In this document: piece after piece, positions 23,084 through 31,524 of the stretch
Numbering within the stretch: position 1 is the first letter of the stretch
How the letters are laid out: the number at the start of each line of letters is the position of its first letter
Source: Schizochytrium sp. TIO01
Taxonomy: Eukaryota; Protista; Bigyra: Labyrinthulomycetes
Direction of reading: 5' to 3'
DNA length: 64,000 bases
Assembly (NCBI GenBank): GCA_004764695.1
Contig: SMSO01000032.1
Coordinates: forward strand, 3,690,483-3,754,482
The notes under the pieces: model-generated
Seen by the model: the letters and a program-made list of their open reading frames with translations, nothing else
What the model was told of the DNA's origin: nothing
Databases searched by the model: none
Translations under genes and position numbers: made by a program

Positions 23084-26000
23084 ATGAGTGCACTGCGAGA
23101 AACCCAAGAGCCTGAGATGGCCACAATTCCAAGAGAAAAGGTCACCATCGATTATCCAGAACATATCCTCGGTGAAGGCAGCTTTGGACAAGTCCTATCA
23201 GGTGTGCTGCAAGGGGAAGATGGTGAGAATATATCAGTTGCTATTAAGAGAGTTCGTCAAAAACGTGATCAACTTCAATTTGCTGAGCAAAATGCATTGA
23301 TTGAAGAGGCCCAAAGTTGGCATGGGTTAAATCACAAAAACATCGTCTGCCTGCTTGGGACATGCATCATTCAGAACCGGTTTCATTTGGTCATGGACAA
23401 GTGCGACTTATCTCTAGATAAGTTACTGTATGAAACTAAACCGAGTGGCACATGCACTATCCTTGGACTAGATGATAAAGAGGCCATTTTGCTCGGTGTC
23501 ATACGAGGGCTCTGCTATCTCCATAGTCAAAATGTAATTCATCGTGATCTGAAACCTGCCAATGTGCTCCTCAGTCAAGACCTGGGCCTGATAAAGCTCG
23601 CAGACTTTCGTCTTGCAGTCAGGACAAGCCCGAATGCAACTTTGGCAGAGACTATTTCTGTGGCTGGAACCCCTGTGTACATGGCTCCAGAAGTACTTCA
23701 AGCTCCTGCTCGTTGGACAACAAAGGCAGACATATATTCTCTAGGCGTGATCATGTGGGAGATATACCACGAGGAGACGCCATACGGGCGTTCCTTGCAT
23801 CATTTAGAAGCGCTTAAAAACAGGGTTCTCGCAGGCGAGCGTCCTGTAATATCTGATCAAGTACCTGTCAAACTCTGGATAGTCCGCACCATGGAATCTT
23901 GTTGGGACGAGGACCCTGCAAACAGACCAGCTGCTGAGGAGGCTCTAACGAGGTTGCAGTCTTCAGGTGCTGAACGCCGATCGAGCCTCCTCATTCGTGG
24001 ACTTGTGACTGCATTTATACAGAGAAACCACCGCACACCTGCAAAACAAAATGTGAATGTCGAAACGGTGCGGAGTCTAGTTCGAGACCTGTCTGATCGA
24101 GGCGAGAGGAGTGATCTGTTACGAACACTACAAATCTTGCACAATGCTTTGGAAGCTGAATTCAAAACTGCTGAGACCGCAGATGGTCATGATGACCTGA
24201 GGAGAGCTGTTCGTGAACGGGATATTCTTGTTCATTTGCAGAGAATCGTAAAGGAAGAGGAACACGATGCCGACGTGGTTTCTGAAGCACTTTGGATCTT
24301 TCATTTCGCCTTTCATCGTGAAGCTACCTGTGAGTATACTAAGGCTGCAATGAAGACCTATGGTCTAGGTCCTGTACTAATTAGTATTATGCAAGAGCAA
24401 GCGAGCGAATCAGAAGTGCAGGCTGCAGCATGTGCTTGTGTCAGAACCCTCGCGTACAGAAACACAGAAAGCGCGATTACTCTAGCAATAGATTTAAATG
24501 TGGGCGCAAAGATTGTGGCCGCCACACGCGCGCATCGAACGAATGCAGACGTGCAAAAAGAAGCATGTGCGGCATTGCAAGATCTTGCTTCAAATGATCG
24601 CAACAGAGACATCCTGGGACAAGATTTGAATGTGGGCGCAGAGATTGTGGCCGCCATGAGCACACATCGAACCAATGCAATCGTGCAAGAAAAAGCATGT
24701 GGAGCATTGATGAAACTTGCTCTCAACACTCGCAACAAAGAGATCCTGGGACATGATTTGAATGTGGGCGCAGAGATTGTGGCCGCCATGAGCGCACATC
24801 GAATGAATGCAGGCGTGCAAGAAAAAGCATGTGGGGCATTGAGGAGGCTTGCTCTCAACACTCGCAACCAAGAGATCCTGGGACATGATTTGAATGTGGG
24901 CGCAGAGATTGTGGCCGCCATGAGCACACATCGAATGAATGCAGGCGTGCAAGAAAAATCATGTGGGGCATTGAGGAATCTTTCTGTGAACACTCGCAAC
25001 AAAGAGATCCTTGGCCAAGATTTGAATGTGGGCGCAGAGATTGTGGCCGCCATGAGCGCACATGGAGCAAATGCAGGCGTGCAAGAAAAAGCATGTGGGG
25101 TACTCAGGAATCTTGCTTTAAATGATCGCAACGCAGAGATCCTTGGCCAAGATTTGAATGTGGGCGCAGAGATTGTGGCCGCCATGAGCGCACATGGAGC
25201 AAATGCAGGCGTGCAAGAAAAAGCATGTGGGGCATTAAGGAATCTTGCTTCAAATGATCGCAACGCAGAGATCCTTGGCCAAGATTTGAATGTGGGCGCA
25301 GAGATTGTGGCCGCCATGAGCACACATCGAACGAATGTTGACGTGCAAGAGCAAGCATGTGGGGCATTGAGGAATCTTGCTTCAAATGATCGCAACGCAG
25401 AGATCCTTGGCCAAGATTTGAATGTGGGCGCAGAGATTGTGGCCGCCATGAGCACACATCGAACGAATGTTGACGTGCAAGAGCAAGCATGTGGGGCATT
25501 GAGGAATCTTGCTTCAAATGATCGCAACGCAGAGATCCTTGGCCAAGATTTGAATGTGGGCGCAGAGATTGTGGCCGCCATGAGCGCACATGGAGCAAAT
25601 GCAGGCGTGCAAGAAAAAGCATGTGGGGCATTGAGGAGGCTTGCTCTCAACACTCGCAACGCAGAGATCCTGGGCCAAGATTTGAATGTGGGCACAGAGA
25701 TTGTGGCTGCCATGAGCGCACATCGAACGAATGCAGACGTGCAAGAACAAGCATGTGCGGCATTGACGAATCTTTCTGTCAACAATCGCAACGCAGAGAT
25801 CCTGGGCCAAGATTTGAATGTTGGCCCAGAGATTGTGGCCGCCATGAGCACACATCGAACGAATGCAGGCGTGCAAGAACAAGCATGTTGGGCATTGTCG
25901 GATCTTACCTACAATAATGATCGCAACGCAGAGATCCTTGGCCAAGATTTGAGTGTGGGCGCAGAGATTGTGGCTGCCATGAGCGCACATCGAACGAATG

Positions 26001-28060
26001 CAGGCGTGCAAGAACAAGCATGTGGGGCATTGACGAATCTTTCTGTCAACACTCGCAACAAAGAGATCCTTGGCCAAGATTTGAGTGTTGGCGCAGAGAT
26101 TGTGGCTGCCATGAGCGCACATCGAACGAATGCAGACGTGCAAGAAAACGCATGTGGGGCATTGTGGAATCTTGCTTCAAATGATCGCAACGCAGAGATC
26201 CTGGGCCAAGATTTGAATGTGGGCGCAGAGATTGTGGCCGCCATGAGCGCACATGGAGCAAATGCAGGCGTGCAAGAAAAAGCATGTGGGGCACTCAGGA
26301 ATCTTGCTTTAAATGATCGCAACGCAGAGATCCTGGGCCAAGATTTGAATGTGGGCGCAGAGATTGTGGCCGCCATGAGCACACATCGAACGAATGTTGA
26401 CGTGCAAGAGCAAGCATGTCGGGCATTGTGGAATCTTTCTGTCAACACTCGCAACGCAGAGATCCTTGGCCAAGATTTGAATGTGGCCGCAGAGGTTGTG
26501 GCCGCCATGAGCACACATCGAACGAATGTAGGCGTGCAAGAACAAGCATGTGGGGCATTGTTTAATCTTGCTTCCAATGATCGCAACAAAGAGATCCTGG
26601 GCCAAGATTTGAATGTGGGCGCAGAAATTGTGGCCGCCATGAGCACGCATCGAACGAATGCAGACGTGCAAGAAAGAGCATGTTGGGTATTGTGGAATCT
26701 TGCTCTCAACAATCGCAACAAAGAGATCCTGGGCCAAGATTTGAATGCGGGCCCAGAGATTGTGGCCGCCATGTGCGCGCATCCAACGAATGCAGACGTG
26801 CAAGTAAACGCATGTGGGGCATTGCGGAATCTTGCTTTAAATGATCGCAACTGTAAGGTCTTGGGCCAAGATTTGAATGTGGGCGCAAAGATTGTGGCCA
26901 CCATGCGCGCGCATCTAGCGAGTGCAGACGTGCAAAAACAAGCATGTAGTGCACTAAGTAAGCTGACTTCAAATGATCGCAACTGTGAAATCTTTGGACA
27001 AGATTTGCATGTGGGCCCAGAGATTGTGGCCGCCATGTGTGCGCATCTAACGAATGCAGACGTGCAAAAAGAAGCATGTGGGGTATTGTGCAATCTTACT
27101 GTCAATAACAATCGCAACAAAGAGATCCTGGGCCAAGATTTGAATGTGGGCGCAGAGATTGTGGCGGCCATGCGTGCACACCTAACGAATGCAGACGTGC
27201 AAGAGCAAGCATGTGCGGCATTGTGGAGTCTTTCTTTCAACAATTTCAACTATGAGATATTGGGACAAGACTTGAATGTGGGCGTAGAGATTGTGGCCGC
27301 CATGCGCGCACATCGAACTAATGCAGGCGTGCAAGAGCAAGCATGTGCGGCATTGTGGAGTCTTTCTCTTGATAACAATCGCAACTGTGAGATCTTGGGA
27401 CAGGGTTTGAATGTGGGCACAGAGATTGCGGCGGCCATGTGTGCGCATCTAACGAATGCAGACGTGCAAAAAAGAGCATGTGTCGCATTGTGGAGTCTTG
27501 CTCGCAACAATCGCAACTGTGAGATCTTGGGACAAGGTTTAAATGTGGGCGCAGATATTGCGGCGGCCATGCGCACGCATCTAACGAATGCAGATGTGCA
27601 AAATCAAGCATGTAGGGTACTAAGTAAGCTTGCTTCAAATGATCGTAACTGTGAGATCTTGGGACAAGATTTGCATGTGGGCCCAGAGATTGTGGCCGCC
27701 ATGTGCGCGCATTTAACGAATGCAGATGTGCAAGAAAATGCATGTAGGGCATTAAGTAAGCTTGCTTCAAATGATCGCAACTGTGAGATCCTGGGACAAG
27801 ATTTGAATGTGAGTGCAGAGATTGTGGCGGCCATGCGGGCGCATCTAACGAATGCAGACGTGCAAAAGGAAGCATGTGGGGCATTGTGGGGTCTTGCTCG
27901 CAATAATCGCAACAAAGAGCTTATGGGACAAGATTTGAATGTGGGCGCAGAGATTATGGTGGCCATGCGCGCGCATCTAACGAATGCAAGCGTGCAAATA
28001 CAAGGATCTGGGGCATTGTGGAGTCTTACTTCAAATGATCGCAACTGTGAGATTATGTGA
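23084..28060 (+). CDS. TKL-type protein kinase fused to a long armadillo (ARM) repeat array; possibly a decaying allele
   Basis: Frame open from 22961, first ATG at 23084. Kinase motifs LGEGSFGQV, VAIK, HRDLKPANVLL, DFR (for DFG), GTPVYMAPE, DIYSLG and CWDEDPANRP. These are followed by degenerate ARM units and 27 conserved 44-aa units (DLNVGAEIVAAMxxHxxNAxVQExACxALxxLAxNxRNxEILGQ). Confidence 0.9.
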   Translation: MSALRETQEPEMATIPREKVTIDYPEHILGEGSFGQVLSGVLQGEDGENISVAIKRVRQKRDQLQFAEQNALIEEAQSWHGLNHKNIVCLLGTCIIQNRFHLVMDKCDLSLDKLLYETKPSGTCTILGLDDKEAILLGVIRGLCYLHSQNVIHRDLKPANVLLSQDLGLIKLADFRLAVRTSPNATLAETISVAGTPVYMAPEVLQAPARWTTKADIYSLGVIMWEIYHEETPYGRSLHHLEALKNRVLAGERPVISDQVPVKLWIVRTMESCWDEDPANRPAAEEALTRLQSSGAERRSSLLIRGLVTAFIQRNHRTPAKQNVNVETVRSLVRDLSDRGERSDLLRTLQILHNALEAEFKTAETADGHDDLRRAVRERDILVHLQRIVKEEEHDADVVSEALWIFHFAFHREATCEYTKAAMKTYGLGPVLISIMQEQASESEVQAAACACVRTLAYRNTESAITLAIDLNVGAKIVAATRAHRTNADVQKEACAALQDLASNDRNRDILGQDLNVGAEIVAAMSTHRTNAIVQEKACGALMKLALNTRNKEILGHDLNVGAEIVAAMSAHRMNAGVQEKACGALRRLALNTRNQEILGHDLNVGAEIVAAMSTHRMNAGVQEKSCGALRNLSVNTRNKEILGQDLNVGAEIVAAMSAHGANAGVQEKACGVLRNLALNDRNAEILGQDLNVGAEIVAAMSAHGANAGVQEKACGALRNLASNDRNAEILGQDLNVGAEIVAAMSTHRTNVDVQEQACGALRNLASNDRNAEILGQDLNVGAEIVAAMSTHRTNVDVQEQACGALRNLASNDRNAEILGQDLNVGAEIVAAMSAHGANAGVQEKACGALRRLALNTRNAEILGQDLNVGTEIVAAMSAHRTNADVQEQACAALTNLSVNNRNAEILGQDLNVGPEIVAAMSTHRTNAGVQEQACWALSDLTYNNDRNAEILGQDLSVGAEIVAAMSAHRTNAGVQEQACGALTNLSVNTRNKEILGQDLSVGAEIVAAMSAHRTNADVQENACGALWNLASNDRNAEILGQDLNVGAEIVAAMSAHGANAGVQEKACGALRNLALNDRNAEILGQDLNVGAEIVAAMSTHRTNVDVQEQACRALWNLSVNTRNAEILGQDLNVAAEVVAAMSTHRTNVGVQEQACGALFNLASNDRNKEILGQDLNVGAEIVAAMSTHRTNADVQERACWVLWNLALNNRNKEILGQDLNAGPEIVAAMCAHPTNADVQVNACGALRNLALNDRNCKVLGQDLNVGAKIVATMRAHLASADVQKQACSALSKLTSNDRNCEIFGQDLHVGPEIVAAMCAHLTNADVQKEACGVLCNLTVNNNRNKEILGQDLNVGAEIVAAMRAHLTNADVQEQACAALWSLSFNNFNYEILGQDLNVGVEIVAAMRAHRTNAGVQEQACAALWSLSLDNNRNCEILGQGLNVGTEIAAAMCAHLTNADVQKRACVALWSLARNNRNCEILGQGLNVGADIAAAMRTHLTNADVQNQACRVLSKLASNDRNCEILGQDLHVGPEIVAAMCAHLTNADVQENACRALSKLASNDRNCEILGQDLNVSAEIVAAMRAHLTNADVQKEACGALWGLARNNRNKELMGQDLNVGAEIMVAMRAHLTNASVQIQGSGALWSLTSNDRNCEIM

Positions 28061-28195
28061 TAAGATTTGAATGTGGGCGCAGAGATTGTGGCTGTCGTGC
28101 GTGCGCATCTAACGAGTGCACATGTGCAAGAAACTGCATGTGATACATTGCGTAATCTAGCTTGCAATCGTGAAGCCTTCCAGTTTCTTATCGAT
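24491..28195 (+). repeat. Coding tandem array of 28 ARM units of 132 bp (units 11, 20 and 22 are 135 bp)
   Basis: Unit 1 starts at 24491 and unit 28 at 28064; 3573 bp = 27x132 + 3x3. Units 7 and 8 (25283..25546) are identical in DNA. Confidence 0.95.
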
Positions 28196-28282
28196 GCGGG
28201 TGCACGTGACGCTGTCTTGAACGCATATCGAAGATTTCCATCATCAAGAACTTGTCAGCGAGCTTTTGCAAAGCTACTTTAA
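28064..28282 (+). pseudogene. In-frame orphaned C-terminus of the kinase-ARM gene (28th repeat plus capping helix) beyond a double stop
   Basis: ATG TGA TAA GAT TTG AAT GTG replaces the usual xTG GGA CAA GAT TTG AAT GTG. The same frame continues for 72 codons: DLNVGAEIVAVVRAH...TCQRAFAKLL*. Confidence 0.85.
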
Positions 28283-29541
28283 GTGATAACAGATAAATGA
28301 AGTACGTTTGTATTTTTAGCTGTTTTTAGCTACCACCTTAGGGACAGCAAAACCAGGAGAAATGAATTGAAACAAGAAATGCCGTAGAGAGGTATTTTCG
28401 CTCGCTTTTCTGACTAATTAGCTGCCTATGAAATCTTGTCATCTATACCCAGTTGAACTTGCAAATTGAGATGGTCACGGTCAAGAAGGCAAGCTCCTTT
28501 GGGTAGAACACCTGTAAATGATCAAGAAACCAAATTAATCATAATTTACCTGCGAAAATTTAAAGGGATATATATTAGTTTTGAGATTCTGACACAATTG
28601 CGGGCTTGTTCGAACACTTATTGAAAACGCTGTATCAATCAACAATTGGTTTGATATAAGTTTCGACTTTTAATTTTCAGTATTTGTTTCCGCTACGTCT
28701 ATGGTCAAATTCAGAACTAAAATATGGTTTGGATAGTCCCATTCGTTGCATGATACTGTGACTGTGCTTTGGATGGAGAATAACCTTCACTATTGAGCGA
28801 AATGAGAACAGAACGTTTATGTCGAGTCCTTTCGTAGCAAAAGAAAAGAACATATTAAATGCGCATCAGAACAACAAAGGAAACACGTTAGACTGAAGGT
28901 GGTGAAGAACAAAACATGTAAGGAGTTAATACTTGGTAGGAGAGCTATTGTGTAATCAGAATGGAGCATCTACTCTAGCGGCGTTAGTGTTCCTTCGCAG
29001 TGAACCTAGTTCGTCTGTAGTATATACGTGTCTGGTCTATAGCTAGAACAGAACAGCTAAGGTAAACCCTTAAGAGTGATCGCAATCTCCTAACTGATAT
29101 ACTCTTATGGTAACTGCTAAGGGTGATTAGGTGATGAAAAGGGCATAAAGAAATAAATTGTTTTCAAGGCAAAGTAAAATAAAAAGAAAGCAAGACTCAG
29201 AACCTTTCCGCTGCACGCGTGAACTCGCCCTGCGTGGAAGAGAACCCGCGGGATCGCGGGACAGGAAAGCCTCAGGACGAGGCTAGTCGTAGCACTGGAC
29301 TTCAGATCAGGTTGCGAAGCCCAATTCTTTCTGACACGAGCGAGGCCCGAAAAGGAGCGCCGACGTGGCAGCAAACAGTTCACGAGTAGGACTGCTCTTG
29401 TGGGCTTCATTTTTAAGTAAATAACTCATATACGGGGAATAAAACCCAAGCGACGACGAAACGCGTTGCTTGTTTCGTGAGTGTTCGCAACATAAAGGCG
29501 ATTTCGGAGATCGTGCAGTGGAGAGAAAGTTAAAGGTTACC

Positions 29542-31524
29542 ATGAGCTGGTCTTTCAAGAGCTTTGCGGACGTGAAGAGCTTCGCAGAATCGTCGACAAA
29601 GCTCAAGGTGCCGACCTTTGATGAGCTACGCAACACCGTATCCTCGAGTGTGCAGGCCGTAAATTCCAGTGTCCAAGAGGCGTACAAAGAAGTCAATGCA
29701 AATGTTTCTGCTGGTATGAATAGCAGCGGCAGTACAGGGCTCATGGGCAAGGTTCGCCAGGCGTTTGAACTCGACAGCTTGCATGCCGCTGTGCACCAGA
29801 GTAGTATGGATGAGGCAGACGAAATGCATTTTCCTGAGCTCGACCTAACATATATCACTGATCGTGTTATCATCATGGGGTTTCCTGCAGGCCCAAGACA
29901 TGGAAACTCTGCGAAAACTATCGCAGAGTTTTTGAACAAGCGTCATGGAAATGATTATATGGTGTGGAACATCAGTGAACGCAAGTATGACACAAGCTTT
30001 TACAAGGGCCAAGTCATGGAGTTCTCGTTTCCAGGCTACCCTGCACCACCCATCGGGATGCTCTTCAAACTTGTTATGGGTATGGAGTCTTGGCTGAAAT
30101 CAGACGATAAGAATGTCGTAGTAATCCATTGCATTACAGGCCGTGGACGCAGTGCTACTGTTGCAGCATGCCTTTTAGAATGGGTGGGGCGTGCCGCTTC
30201 ATCACGCGACGCTCTCAGTTTTGTTTGCAAGCGCCGTAAGACAACGCTGTCTCAGGCTGTTGTTCCTTCGCAATTTCGCTACATTGATATGTTCCATGAA
30301 ATTATGGACGGGATTCGGCCTCGCTACGAGCCACTTAACATGAAACGGTTCCGCGTAATTGGAATCCCGGATTTTATGTCCGCGGCAGACAAAGCCCGCT
30401 CTGACTTACCCTCAAATGGAGGTTGCAAGCCGTACCTTCAAGTATACAAGAATGGAAAATTGTTATTTACCACTGAGTGGGAGGATTCTCAAAAGGAAGG
30501 CGGTACCAAGGTCTACAACTATAAGGAGGACACTGAAATTGCAATGGATGTTGACTGTTTTGTCGACGGTGACATCCTGCTGCGACTGCGCCATATCGAC
30601 ACCACCACAGGCAGACATATCTCCATGTTTCGTTATGGATTTCACACCGGCTATGTACCGATGGGTGTTCTCGGAATTCCAAAGGAGGAATTAGATGGTG
30701 CTAGTGTCGACCCTCGCTTTGCCAAGGACTTTTCTATCGAAATTGAATTCGAGCCAACGCAAGACAAAACCGGTAAACAGACTACTGCTGATGCTATGTT
30801 TGATGCCACCATTTCCTCTAAAGCGTCCTTCTGGGATGAAATCGCACGAAAGAAGAAGCTAGCGAGAGAACGCACCCCATCAGAGCTGGACCGTTTGCTA
30901 GATGCCCCTCCCAAAAAACATGAACCTACTGATGCGTCTGATCCGACTAAAAAGCAAGCAGGATCACAGGGTGCAGCAGTAGGCGCTGGGGCTACATCGG
31001 CAGCTGCTGCTTCTAGCACCGCAGATGGCGAAACAAAAGCTCCTCGCCCAGAACCGGTTGTTGAGTTTAGTCTCCTTGATGACGAAGATGATGACTTTGA
31101 AGAGAACCCTCGCAAAAATCGTCTCGTTTCTAGTGATTCAACGTCAGCTCTCTTTAGCAGTCTTGTGGATCCGGTAGATGCCCCTTCTAATTCACATACA
31201 GTTACAGAGCAAGTAAGAGGGAACTCCTCTCCTTCACCTGAAGTACGCAGTAATGATTCCGTGACTGATGACAAAGAGGTTAAGCATGAGGCACGTGAGC
31301 TTCGCAAGGAAGACGAAGATTCTTCGGCAAAATCAAAAATGGCTGAAGATAAAGATGAAGATGTTGATGATCTAGCCGCGCTGGAACGCGATCTTGGCAT
31401 TGACGAGAGTGAAATGGACGATGAAAACGTATCACCAAAGAAATCTGCTTCCAAGTCAGCAGAAGGAGGGAATGATGACGACCCAGAGCTGGCCGAACTT
31501 GAGCAGTATCTGGAAGGTCTTTAA
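29542..31524 (+). CDS. PTEN/tensin-type phosphatase + C2 domain protein with an acidic disordered tail
   Basis: ELDLTYITDRVIIMGFP, YMVWNISERKYD, P-loop HCITGRGRS (CX5R), VPSQFRYI; PTEN-C2 motifs GCKPYLQVY, VDGDILL and MFRYGFHTGYV. First ATG at 29542. Confidence 0.92.
   Translation: MSWSFKSFADVKSFAESSTKLKVPTFDELRNTVSSSVQAVNSSVQEAYKEVNANVSAGMNSSGSTGLMGKVRQAFELDSLHAAVHQSSMDEADEMHFPELDLTYITDRVIIMGFPAGPRHGNSAKTIAEFLNKRHGNDYMVWNISERKYDTSFYKGQVMEFSFPGYPAPPIGMLFKLVMGMESWLKSDDKNVVVIHCITGRGRSATVAACLLEWVGRAASSRDALSFVCKRRKTTLSQAVVPSQFRYIDMFHEIMDGIRPRYEPLNMKRFRVIGIPDFMSAADKARSDLPSNGGCKPYLQVYKNGKLLFTTEWEDSQKEGGTKVYNYKEDTEIAMDVDCFVDGDILLRLRHIDTTTGRHISMFRYGFHTGYVPMGVLGIPKEELDGASVDPRFAKDFSIEIEFEPTQDKTGKQTTADAMFDATISSKASFWDEIARKKKLARERTPSELDRLLDAPPKKHEPTDASDPTKKQAGSQGAAVGAGATSAAAASSTADGETKAPRPEPVVEFSLLDDEDDDFEENPRKNRLVSSDSTSALFSSLVDPVDAPSNSHTVTEQVRGNSSPSPEVRSNDSVTDDKEVKHEARELRKEDEDSSAKSKMAEDKDEDVDDLAALERDLGIDESEMDDENVSPKKSASKSAEGGNDDDPELAELEQYLEGL

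Noticed and set aside
28058-28063. Selenocysteine or readthrough at the TGA
   Set aside because: The TGA is immediately followed by TAA and replaces a Gly codon, not a Cys codon.
24358-28167. Long antisense ORFs (497, 446 and 187 aa) over the ARM array
   Set aside because: Shadow frames produced by a stop-free 132-bp repeat; the sense frame carries the kinase and the ARM consensus.
24491-28195. CRISPR-like or TALE-like array
   Set aside because: Units are contiguous in-frame coding repeats with no unique spacers, and they fit the ARM consensus rather than the 34-aa TALE repeat.
20500-29100. Kinase-ARM gene as cargo of a transposon
   Set aside because: No terminal inverted repeats, LTRs, target-site duplication or transposase could be identified by eye in the flanks.
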